In this document: piece by piece, positions 29,041 through 38,800 of the stretch
How the letters are laid out: each line of letters opens with the position of its first letter
Position numbering within the stretch: position 1 is the first letter of the stretch
Origin: a virus
Strand: one strand, 5' to 3'
IMG/VR virus record: IMGVR_UViG_3300020444_000002
Location: 1-64,000 of that record
DNA length: 64,000 nucleotides
Position numbers and translations under genes: made by a program
Notes under the pieces: generated by a model
Databases searched by the model: none
What the model was told of the DNA's origin: nothing
Seen by the model: the letters and a program-made list of their open reading frames with translations, nothing else

Positions 29041-30792
29041 CTAATTTAATTCAGCGTAAACGGTATCGCCTTTTATCTTAATAACCTTCAGCCTAGAGCC
29101 ACTCTGCCCTAACACTTCCGCCTCACCAAGTGTCTTACCGCGTTTGCCGAATGTGACTAAGTCGGGGATAATCACCTTCTGGCCTTTCTTAGCCATGATG
29201 ACGAGCATAGAGCCACCCTCATAACGAAACTTCTCTGCTATTTTCTTGTCTGCACTTGTGCTAAGGAACGAACGAGAATAGATAGTCTCGCCCTCATTGA
29301 CATTTTGATGGACTGGTATCTCTGTACCGCGATAAAGGACTGTGTCTTCTGCCAGTGTGATGTTGCCAGCGCGGTTAATGTCATCTATAACTTCACCATA
29401 AGTTGTATCCTTGTCGAATATAGTTAGTGGCTGGTCCAAGTAGTTAGCACGGGCCTGGATATTAATTGCGTCATAGTAGCGACCTTGGTAGGCACGAACA
29501 GCATCTGTGGTATCTTCGTCGTAATGACCATGCTTGCCACTCCAGTAGGCATCCTCAACATATTTGTCAAAAGCTTTAACATTATCTAGGTCACCTATGT
29601 CTATACTGGATGTACTTGCCTTCTTCGCAAAACGACCCTTACGATCACGCTTGTGTTTTCTTTCGTCGAAATCGGCATCATTCATGACCTTGAAGTCGTA
29701 GGTGTTAAGGAATGTGCCGTTATCTTGCTTGATGAGAAGCTCATAGCGACAATGACAATTAACGTGGATGTGGCCACTCTTTAATTTTTCGTAAGTGGGT
29801 TTGAACTTGTATGTTTTCCCACTATCTTTAACTGTAAATGTTTTACCAAATGGCAAGAAGTCGCTATTGAAGGGAATTGGCTTAACCCTCGTAGCCTCAA
29901 TGATTGCCTTACAAATTGGCTCTGGGTGCCCGGTATTGCTCACTAGCCTTTTATACGCTTTTGAGGTGAGGTCGTTCTGAGCAAGAAATTGTTGGTCTGC
30001 ATCAAACTGACTCATAGTGAAGACACGGTTTGCTTCGTTAGAAGCAATCACATTTGCCCGACGTTTACCGACGGTGCTAAATTTATCCTGCAAACTGCGC
30101 ATTACCTGGTCTTTGGTTACGCCACTAAGAATCTGCTCACGAGCATAAGCATAAATTTCTTGGTCCCCAAGAACGGCTTGCACATAGTCCTTGCTATTTA
30201 GAGCTGCAAGCTCCTCGAACCTTTCTTTTACAGCAGCCTCTACTTCTGCGTTAGTAATCTGTTCGTTAATAGACTCATCGAGCAGTTTCTTTATATCCTT
30301 AGCAATCGTGTTGACATGGCTCCTAGCGCCTTTTTCTGCCTGCAAGCGCAAGTCATCTTGACTACTGTCTGTACGGGTGTATATCGCGTTAAGACCGAAC
30401 TGTACGAATAAAGCCTGTAGTCGCTGTCTAGCGTATAGAGGTAGAAGGATAGCACCAATCGTAAGGAGGGCAAACATAAGCGTGTTTACCTGCGGGCTTT
30501 CCTGAGCTTCTTCTAGGATTTGTTCCGCCTCGGAATAGTTGCCATTCTGGATAGCCTGGATATACTGAGCTAGTATCTGGTTATCAACCCTTTGAACGCT
30601 CTGCCTAAATTGTTCTGTCGCCAAGTCAATTTGGCGTTGTTCCGCCTCAGTAATTGGGGCGTTGACTACTTTTTCGGCGTATGATTGTTCGTTGTATTTA
30701 CCAAGACGGTTTCTATACGACACGAAGGACATTAATTCGTCCATCTCTGGCTCTCTACCAACTTCATCTATGTACAACTCTATATTATTCAT
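29041..30792 (-). CDS. MuF/gp7-like head morphogenesis protein with C-terminal VIP2-like (R-S-E) ADP-ribosyltransferase
   Basis: RANVIASNE...HVNCHCRY; then VLYRG...SFLSTS...GEAEVL. Confidence 0.85.
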   Translation of the reverse strand: MNNIELYIDEVGREPEMDELMSFVSYRNRLGKYNEQSYAEKVVNAPITEAEQRQIDLATEQFRQSVQRVDNQILAQYIQAIQNGNYSEAEQILEEAQESPQVNTLMFALLTIGAILLPLYARQRLQALFVQFGLNAIYTRTDSSQDDLRLQAEKGARSHVNTIAKDIKKLLDESINEQITNAEVEAAVKERFEELAALNSKDYVQAVLGDQEIYAYAREQILSGVTKDQVMRSLQDKFSTVGKRRANVIASNEANRVFTMSQFDADQQFLAQNDLTSKAYKRLVSNTGHPEPICKAIIEATRVKPIPFNSDFLPFGKTFTVKDSGKTYKFKPTYEKLKSGHIHVNCHCRYELLIKQDNGTFLNTYDFKVMNDADFDERKHKRDRKGRFAKKASTSSIDIGDLDNVKAFDKYVEDAYWSGKHGHYDEDTTDAVRAYQGRYYDAINIQARANYLDQPLTIFDKDTTYGEVIDDINRAGNITLAEDTVLYRGTEIPVHQNVNEGETIYSRSFLSTSADKKIAEKFRYEGGSMLVIMAKKGQKVIIPDLVTFGKRGKTLGEAEVLGQSGSRLKVIKIKGDTVYAELN

Positions 30793-31549
30793 CTTCTACC
30801 ACCATAATGTTCTTTGGGTCTTTCACCACCATCAGCTCTACGCCCTTGCTATTGTTTTGTATAATCGCATCATGTTCCTCTAGTAGATGGTTGGCAAATT
30901 CTCTAGTTATTTTGTTGTAGTCTTCTATGGTCGCTGTTTTCTTCTCGTAGCCTTCCGGGTTTTTCCACTTCTTCTCTTTTATTCCCCATTGGTACAGATC
31001 GAATGTGAACTTGTTAACGCCATACTTACCAACCTTATGGCTAAAATCATTGATGTCTTCTATGTAAGGGTTTTGTACGTTAATCCTCATCTTGAGTGTT
31101 ACGGCAGAAGAACCATCGGAGGCTTTATCTGCATACCAGTCTGCTACCTCCTTGTCACCAGCTAGGTACACACCATCTCCAAACATCTTATCAGACCTTG
31201 AGCTTCCTGTGTCGAAGCCGCTTTCCTTAATGCCGTCGGCGGATGTGCTATTAGTGCCATGGAATAGAGTATCTTTCACCTTACTATCTTTGGCAAAAGT
31301 ATTTGCCTCATCTGCTGTGCCAGACGGCTTCCATATAGAGCCATTACCGCGTAGAGCGGCTAGTTTATCCATGGCCTCTTGTTTCTTTGAAGCTATCTTT
31401 TTGGCATTTCTGTCGCTACCCTTTGGGACAAACTTCTTACCATGTACCGCGTACAATGCTGCTTTAAGCTTTGCGTTCGGCGAAGTCCCAAAGTGCCCTT
31501 CGCTATCTCTGTATGGATTGCCAGATTCTACATCAATCCTACTAGCCAT
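30785..31549 (-). CDS. H-Y-E class ADP-ribosyltransferase-like protein (ART-PolyVal-like)
   Basis: LFHGT...GF...FGDGVYLA...ADWYA...HDAII...ELMVVKDP. Confidence 0.75.
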   Translation of the reverse strand: MASRIDVESGNPYRDSEGHFGTSPNAKLKAALYAVHGKKFVPKGSDRNAKKIASKKQEAMDKLAALRGNGSIWKPSGTADEANTFAKDSKVKDTLFHGTNSTSADGIKESGFDTGSSRSDKMFGDGVYLAGDKEVADWYADKASDGSSAVTLKMRINVQNPYIEDINDFSHKVGKYGVNKFTFDLYQWGIKEKKWKNPEGYEKKTATIEDYNKITREFANHLLEEHDAIIQNNSKGVELMVVKDPKNIMVVEDE

Positions 31550-32923
31550 CTAGCTCACCTGTTCTGTAGAGTCTGTTTGTGTACCAACAATCTGCTGTAT
31601 TTCTTCTGGTGTAGCACCAGTCTCTTTGAGCGCTACTGTCAAAGCATCTTCATCTGTTATTTCTGGCTCTAGAGTAGGCATGCCAAGCCCGGCTAAATCA
31701 ATTTCACCAAGCACAAACTGCGTTGCAATCTCTTCCTCGTACCCTGAACTGATTAGGGTCATCTTGAGTGTGAGTTGTGCTTGTGAAAGCTCTACTTCCT
31801 TCATCTTATTGTCATAGTCTGTTGATAGTGGGTTGTGTAGTGCAATCTCGTATCCATTGCTTGTAAAATCATCTGGATAATAACGCTTATAATCCATGTT
31901 AAGCGCACCAATTAGCTTTTTCACTAGTGGCATAATAGCGTTCTCGGTGAAGTCATCCTTCTGTACGCGAGCTGTTTCACGGCCAGTTCCACTTTGGTCT
32001 AGGCCTAGCTGGTTCTTGCTCGTACCACCAATAGCAATAAGCTGGTCACGGTTATTGCCATTAACGTCTGTTAGAGCAGATTTGTTAAGGTCGATACTTG
32101 TATCTGTATAAGCAATAGCGCCTTTACCATTACTAAAAATAGGCTCTCCCTGCGTATGTTCTAGGACACGCCGTTTGAAGTTCTCGAACTCGTGGTCCTC
32201 CATAATGACATCTGACGTTATGAGGCCGGGAGCATTAATGTTGTTACGAATAGATTTGCGCTGGTAGTCTGCGGCCTGCTTGAGAACAAACTGAGCATCA
32301 CTTGCTGCATCGCCCATACTGAACGACTTCTTGCGATCTACTGGGTTAGTCTTTATAACTGGGATAATCATTTGTACTGGTATTTCACGTTGCATACCAT
32401 CACGGCTTTCAATATAGCCACCAAGTTCACCTTCCGTGTTGAATACACGTCTAACCTGATACGGGTTAAGGATTTCAAAGTTCTTCACATTACCTACCCT
32501 TGTATAGCCGTTGCGCATTTTGCTGGTTCCGATGCCGCGAACAGCAAGAACGTAAAAGACCCCCTCTAGGTCCATATAACGCGAGTACTCATACCAAAAG
32601 TCCTCTGCTGTGAAATCAAGGGAATCGTTAATAAGTTTAAGATATGGGTGTTCTGCTTGCCTACCGTCCTTCTTAGTAGACTTCGTGTAGGTATATCCTG
32701 TCCCAAGTTCTACTGCACGGTTAGCTCGACGTTCGATAATAGCGTAGCCATAACCTGTGTACAAGTCCTCATCAGATAGCACTGGGTCATCTATATTTAA
32801 GCCCATCTTAGGGCGAGCGCCAAACCGAAGAAATTCGTTGGCTAGTGTTGAGTTGTTTTGCTTTTCAATGCTTGGCGCTGTGAGCGCTCTTACCGCATTT
32901 CTAACGCGATTGAGTGGGTTCAT
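31550..32923 (-). CDS. Portal protein
   Basis: 457 aa; MDLEGVFYV, ILNPYQV, NNINAPGLI motifs; downstream of TerL. Confidence 0.88.
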   Translation of the reverse strand: MNPLNRVRNAVRALTAPSIEKQNNSTLANEFLRFGARPKMGLNIDDPVLSDEDLYTGYGYAIIERRANRAVELGTGYTYTKSTKKDGRQAEHPYLKLINDSLDFTAEDFWYEYSRYMDLEGVFYVLAVRGIGTSKMRNGYTRVGNVKNFEILNPYQVRRVFNTEGELGGYIESRDGMQREIPVQMIIPVIKTNPVDRKKSFSMGDAASDAQFVLKQAADYQRKSIRNNINAPGLITSDVIMEDHEFENFKRRVLEHTQGEPIFSNGKGAIAYTDTSIDLNKSALTDVNGNNRDQLIAIGGTSKNQLGLDQSGTGRETARVQKDDFTENAIMPLVKKLIGALNMDYKRYYPDDFTSNGYEIALHNPLSTDYDNKMKEVELSQAQLTLKMTLISSGYEEEIATQFVLGEIDLAGLGMPTLEPEITDEDALTVALKETGATPEEIQQIVGTQTDSTEQVS

Positions 32924-32995
32924 CTATTGCTTTTTCTCTTTTTATTACTCTATACGCTACGGTATTATTATCTATTGTTTATTATACATTACAGC

Positions 32996-33223
32996 TCAAA
33001 GTAAATGGCGCGTATAGTTAGGGTTACGCTTCTTAATCGGCTTACGGTAGCTTTTGTCGCGCCTGTACTCTTTAGCCCTGTTAAAATCATCAGGGTGGGA
33101 TTTCTTTTGCTCAGCTTTGTATATTTTGTAAATCCCCTTGGCTGTTGATTCTAGTTCCTCATAAGATGCATGGTTATTAGCCCACTCCACTATAGCTTCT
33201 GGTGTAAGTTCGTATGCTTCCAT
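32996..33223 (-). CDS. Hypothetical protein
   Basis: Own leaderless promoter TTGCAC-17-TATACT-6-ATG. Confidence 0.65.
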   Translation of the reverse strand: MEAYELTPEAIVEWANNHASYEELESTAKGIYKIYKAEQKKSHPDDFNRAKEYRRDKSYRKPIKKRNPNYTRHLL

Positions 33224-33261
33224 ATTATTAGTATAACTGTTTTATACTACTTGTGCAAACT

Positions 33262-33285
33262 AAAAACCCAACGAGGTGCGTTGGG
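33262..33285 (-). terminator. Intrinsic terminator
   Basis: CCCAACG-CACCT-CGTTGGG-TTTTT. Confidence 0.8.
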
Positions 33286-33324
33286 CTAGCGGTTACAAAC
33301 AAGGGAAGTCAGCCTGTAACACTT

Positions 33325-33641
33325 AGTTCTGAATCTATTACTATTATAGCACACGGCAAATAGCCCCTCTTTTTACACTATGAAACAGCCAGGGTTTGTA
33401 CTAGTGCATTACCCGCAATGGGTGGGGGCGTAAGCCGTTTTGACCCGAACCAAGGCAAAAAGCCAAATTCGCTTATGGGTCTTATTGTCAAAGTGCTAAT
33501 GGATTTTCACCATTGCGGTGTAAAGCAGGAGTTTACGATACTCTTAAAACGTTGAGCCTGATTCTAGATTCTTTTCCCTGCCCTAGAACGCCAGGTCGCT
33601 TCCCTACAGGCGCACCAATGGTATTGATACGATTCAGAACT
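33325..33641 (-). ncRNA. Candidate ~320-nt structured ncRNA between TerL and portal
   Basis: Perfect 11-bp closing stem, nested helices, upstream TATAAT, downstream terminator, no sense ORF in the track. Confidence 0.55.
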
Positions 33642-33702
33642 TTTTATTTTATATGTTCTATTACAATTATACCTTATTCGGTTTTTGCAGGTTGTTGGGA
33701 AC

Positions 33703-35118
33703 TTATACCCCAATGCGGTTTAGGTTATGAGCAGGGTCTTTTATTTTGCCATGGACAGTACTGTGCTTTCTCACTGCTATAAAGAATGAATCTGCATAAT
33801 CCGGCGAGCGGCCGAGAATTTCTTTAATTTTTTCTTTCTTTGTCACTTTTTCAACACCGTCAACCATATCCGTATCGTGCGCACTTATCTCTCTCCACAG
33901 CTCATCCTCATTACCCCTATACGCATCCTTCTGGAATATTTGTATCTCAGCATCTTCTAGTGCCCGGCGAGCGTTTAGTGCAGTTTCGTTACGACTTTTA
34001 CCTGTAGCTACATACTCGTCGATATACCAACCTAACAATTTCATGTTGTCACGCATGCTAGTACCGACACCATTACATTCAATACTGATATGGTGGGCGT
34101 ATGCTTTTGTGAAGCCCTTGCTTTCTGCCCAAGCTATCAACTGTTGCGCGAAGAGATACCCAATAGGTCTAGAGTCAACTTCACTGCTTTGGCCGTAAGT
34201 CCTCTCTGGTATTTTTAGCTCGCGCTGTTCCATAACAATATCATCTTCAATAAGGGTTGCAACACAAGCGTCACCACCACCATCACTCACATCCACTCCA
34301 ATCACTTTGTTAAATTTAGTACGGGTGAATTTAGGGATAATATTACCAACTTCGTTGCGTTCTGGTTCGGGGAGGCGGAAGATACTAGCTCTTTCCCATA
34401 GGTAACCTTTAATAAGCGCATGGTCTTCGTCGAGGTAGTTCCAGTTGTTGCGTAAGTAGCGTTCAACCCACCACTTCGGCTTACTACGAATGAGAGAATT
34501 AATATCTTTATCTGACTGCCAGCTATCCTCTAGGGTGAACTCAATCACCATAACATTGCTTGGTAGCTGGCCCTTCTTCCATTTATCATAGTAACGGTTT
34601 TTAGCCCATCCATTATTTGGGTTCATGGTGTGGATATTTATACTCGGTTGGCCTTCCTGGTTAGCACGCCCCTTACGAGACATAATCATATCGGCCGCAT
34701 CCTCAATTAACTCGTTCGACTCTTCCAGTTGGTTAGCAGTAATATCAAGACCCTTAATTTTGTTTTGGTCTTTGTCGGTGCTAGAGTCTGCCTGCGCAAA
34801 AGTAATGAGGCTCTTATTGGGGAATTCTATTAACAGCGAACCTTCATTAAGCTTGTAATGCTTATCCTCAACCATATTCATGTCTGACATCATCTTCTTA
34901 TAGGTGCGCCAGATTGTCTTACGCGCCGTGTTGAAGTTCTTACGCCATACAAATAGCTGCGAATGGGGGAAGGCTTCCGCTATAGATATGAACACATGAG
35001 CCGTTAAGGCACTCTTACCTGTACCAGTTGGTCCAATTAGAATAATCTCATCTATTTCTGGACGAGTGTTTATAATATCTATTACCGACTGTTGCTTAGG
35101 CTTGAGTTGTAGAGTCAT
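33703..35118 (-). CDS. terL: Terminase large subunit
   Basis: GPTGTGKS Walker A, LEESNE Walker B, TMNP, GVDVS nuclease motif, GRSPDYADS. Confidence 0.95.
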   Translation of the reverse strand: MTLQLKPKQQSVIDIINTRPEIDEIILIGPTGTGKSALTAHVFISIAEAFPHSQLFVWRKNFNTARKTIWRTYKKMMSDMNMVEDKHYKLNEGSLLIEFPNKSLITFAQADSSTDKDQNKIKGLDITANQLEESNELIEDAADMIMSRKGRANQEGQPSINIHTMNPNNGWAKNRYYDKWKKGQLPSNVMVIEFTLEDSWQSDKDINSLIRSKPKWWVERYLRNNWNYLDEDHALIKGYLWERASIFRLPEPERNEVGNIIPKFTRTKFNKVIGVDVSDGGGDACVATLIEDDIVMEQRELKIPERTYGQSSEVDSRPIGYLFAQQLIAWAESKGFTKAYAHHISIECNGVGTSMRDNMKLLGWYIDEYVATGKSRNETALNARRALEDAEIQIFQKDAYRGNEDELWREISAHDTDMVDGVEKVTKKEKIKEILGRSPDYADSFFIAVRKHSTVHGKIKDPAHNLNRIGV

Positions 35119-35539
35119 TTTCTTCCTCTAGCTTCTCTGGCTCTATGATCTGTCCGTCAATGATATTGCGTGGCTTAATTTGGCTTACTACAACAGGTTC
35201 TATCTTAATAGATTCACCATTGCTCGTTAGGTCAACCTTATCGCCCCAACCTGTCTTGCGCAACCATTCCGCAGAGAAGTGACTACCACCCATAGCTTTA
35301 ATAGCCTGAGCGATTGTAACGGCTTGCATAAGGGTTTTGGTACCGCTAGGCTCTAGCCACCTAGGCTTACGCTCCATATTCTCTACAAGTGTTTGAAAAA
35401 GCTCATCGTCTTCAAGCAGCTCCTGTACAACGGTAGACCAGTTGCGGCTCCCCTTCTTGCGTCCTTGGAGGCCGTTTGCCCCCGGTTTTAACTGGGCTAT
35501 TTGTTTTTCTCGTTTCTCTGGGTCTGATGATATTGGCAT
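35096..35539 (-). CDS. terS: Terminase small subunit
   Basis: GRKKGSRN...KVDLTSNGE; overlaps the TerL start. Confidence 0.8.
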   Translation of the reverse strand: MPISSDPEKREKQIAQLKPGANGLQGRKKGSRNWSTVVQELLEDDELFQTLVENMERKPRWLEPSGTKTLMQAVTIAQAIKAMGGSHFSAEWLRKTGWGDKVDLTSNGESIKIEPVVVSQIKPRNIIDGQIIEPEKLEEENDSTTQA

Positions 35540-35703
35540 TGTTCTTTGCTCTTTTTGTTTAATTTATCAGAATAATACTGATATTTTACTGTTATATGCC
35601 TATTATACAACATTCCCCATTCAATAAAGAAAGACGCCTCCTGCGAGACGTCAATGAGGTTTAATGGTGACTTTAGGTGCGTTCCTTTGATTGGCTAATT
35701 TTA

Positions 35704-35859
35704 TTAAAACCTACAACTAGCCCCGCCATCACAAAACAGTCTTTCAGTCGTGATTATCGCCCAAATCTCACCAAGATTAAATGCAACGATAAGTAAGAAT
35801 ACAACACCCATAGCCACACACAGACCGATCATTATACTGTTGCCGTCGTACTCTTTCAT
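35704..35859 (-). CDS. 51-aa membrane protein (not in ORF track)
   Basis: MKEYDGNSIMIGLCVAMGVVFLLIVAF...; TAATG coupling to 35859-36095; terminator at ~35626-35652. Confidence 0.55.
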   Translation of the reverse strand: MKEYDGNSIMIGLCVAMGVVFLLIVAFNLGEIWAIITTERLFCDGGASCRF

Positions 35860-38800
35860 TAGACCAATCCCCTAGTCTTGAAGATTCCTAGGTTTTCTCG
35901 TTCGCTCTGAGTCATTGGGAAGTTGGCTAGGTCGTTGATTACTGTGCCAGCTTCGCCACCGAATGAATAGTATTTGCCAGTTGTTATATTGTAAACCATA
36001 GCTGTGTCAAAGTGGTCCCACTCGATCCCAATTGTGTCGCCATAACTTGTTAACTCATTATCGACGGTTGCCCGGTAATAGTTGATTGTTTTCATTGTGA
36101 TTTGCCTTTCTTAGTTGCTTATCAAGTTTAATTATGCTCTCAAAAGACAAAAAAAGCAAGCCCATTTTTAGTACTGCCTATTTTTCCATTACAAACTTTA
36201 CAACTCTCACATTATTTGGCAAGTCCTTCCCCCTTGAAGAGTTTTTCACTTCGGCGAGGCGCTCCTCTGCCTGCTTCTTGGTTTTGTACCAACGGATTTG
36301 CCTGTTCCCCCAACTGCCCCAAAAAGCAAAACAATCTTTACCGTCCTTATCCTCGTAGACGAGAATCCATATGTTATCAGCTATTGCGCGGTGTATCATT
36401 TATCTTCTCCTGTATGTGTAGCTACCGTCTTCTTATGGCCGCATTCACATACAAATTCTGCGTACTCACACCTGTAGTCGCGTCTCATAATTATTTCCGG
36501 TTCACCCATGGCAAACCTCCTCACCTCCTCGACGACCTTTGGTGCGCCCTCGCCTATAAATGTCTTAACAAAATGGTATATGTGCTTATGTGTCATTTCT
36601 CTACCCAATACCCCCAACTATTAAGGTGCGATAAAGTGTTTATCTTGGGGTGTGAACCTTTGATATGCTGGTAAATAATATACAGACGACCCTGTATTCT
36701 CAACGTAGACAATATATTGTATCTAGCGCCACTGCACCTTGTTATTATGTCGCCTGCTTTAATGCAATTTACCCTAATCACAACCTACAGCCCCACCTTA
36801 AACTTACTGACATTTTTCATTGCCCACCTTCCTCGTGAGTTCGACAATGCGCCTATTGTTTATGCCTCTGAATATGTTTATCGCTTGATTGGTAATACGA
36901 GTTTCATTCCGCATAACACTATCTGGTTTTGCCTTACCCCTAAAACCTTCCATGTCGGCATTGATGTTTTTGCGTTCATCAACCCTCGCCAGCCTCTCTG
37001 CCTCAGCTTCTTGTTCGGCAATGTACGGCGCAAGTATCTCATACACATCTTCTGCTGATAGCATTGCACCACCACAGTCATGTACATCATCACCATCAAG
37101 GAAGTTTGCCTCGAAGTATGATTTGAATGATCCTTGTTCTTCTATGCTTTTACTTTTGGTCATCCCAAGTCTACTCCTTGCGATGCTATCGCAGCTTGAC
37201 ATATACGATCAAACGCCTCATCCTTATTTTCTTCGAGGTTTATCCATGTGTCATAGTCTTCTAGTATTTCAATTACTTTATTTGCAAACTCTACTTTTGT
37301 TCCATTTTCCCATGCATTACTCATCTCGTCCTCCATAACGTTTCTTTTCTTCTTGTAGGGCTTCCGTTACTCTGCTTCGGTAGGCATTCCATCCCTCGCT
37401 GTATACTTGGTAGCTGTTCTTCACAGGTCCGTTGCCGCCAGCATAATACCCCCTTTTTTTAGCTGGTTCATCGCGCTTATCTGGCATCACTGCGTTCATA
37501 CGCTCAAGGGCTTCTATAATACGGGAGTTGATGGTAGCCACCGTTTCGTATATTAGTTGAGCAGTTGGGTCTTCTTCATCGTCATAATTAACCGTTAAAC
37601 CAGCCCTATTGAATAGTGCCTCTATTTCCTCACGCAAGTCCCTGTTCTCTGGATTAGTCATAGTCATATGAAACGAATTGTCATCTGGATCAAAGTCACC
37701 TGTACCTGTTGTCAGTTTACTCATCACTCATCTCCTTTAGGTTTAGTTGATAGCTGGGCGATAATAGCCGTATCTGAGTGCCTAACATCATATTTTTTAG
37801 TTGGGTCTATGCCGAACTTATCCCGAAACTCTTGCTTTGCTTGTTCATATGCCTCGGCTCTTTGTTGATGGATTAGTTCATCAATCCACTTCTCAGCAGT
37901 AGGAGAATATTTTTTGTATAGGTCCCGTCTATCATATCCAAGCAGATAGGTGTAATCGCCTATGATTCTGTGTGCGTTTCTAGGCTCCCCATCGCTAGAG
38001 CTTTCAGCTCCGTGCTCTGCACTAGTATCAGGCGTCTCCACCACATCCTGCGTATTCTGGTGGGGTGAGGAGGGTAGTTTATCATTCGTGGTGGGGTCAG
38101 GCGTTACAGTCATGGGTTATTCCTCCTATGTTCGATTATTGCCTGTCGTATTTCACCGTTCAGGCGGTTTATTTTCTCTACAAATGTTTCACTCTCAGGC
38201 GTTACTATGGGCTTGGGGGCGATACCAGTACCATCACACACGTCGCAATCATCTATTGTTATGGTACTCCGTGGATAGTCACATGTGGGGCATCCCAGCC
38301 TATTAGCCTCACCACCAATCGCAACATCGAACTCATGGTCTGGATTGTTGCATCGCATTTTACCGTCACCATCACAGGCACTACATTTTTCTTTGGGGGC
38401 GTAGTGGGCGAGTTGGTCGGCAAACGAAACCAGTACGTCTTCCCAATCCTGCCACGAACCATAATCGCCCTCAAGCTCGTTTCCAGCCTTTCTACCACTC
38501 GAGTAACATCCATCCTTACATTTAAGAATTGTCTCGTGTGCAAGCTCCCTAACTCCATCCAGCCAATCCTGTTCATCTGGTTTGTGGGTCATGATATTGC
38601 TCCACTCAAAACGACAAACACTAACGTCAACACAAATGTTATTATAAACGTCCTAAATGGCACCTTGCTATTTTGTCCAAAATTATCTGCTAACATGGCT
38701 GCTACACCAGAAGTCATAGACACAAAACCACTTAATATTGCACATACCTGTAATGCTTCACTCATTCCTTTTCTCCTTTACTATTGGATTGGTGAGAGGG

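Noticed and set aside
35659-35782. Possible folded RNA (TGGTGA/TCACCA, ATCACGA/TTGTGAT, GGCTAGTT/AATTAGCC)
   Set aside because: Largely overlaps a plausible 51-aa membrane ORF and has no dedicated promoter; may be ordinary mRNA structure.
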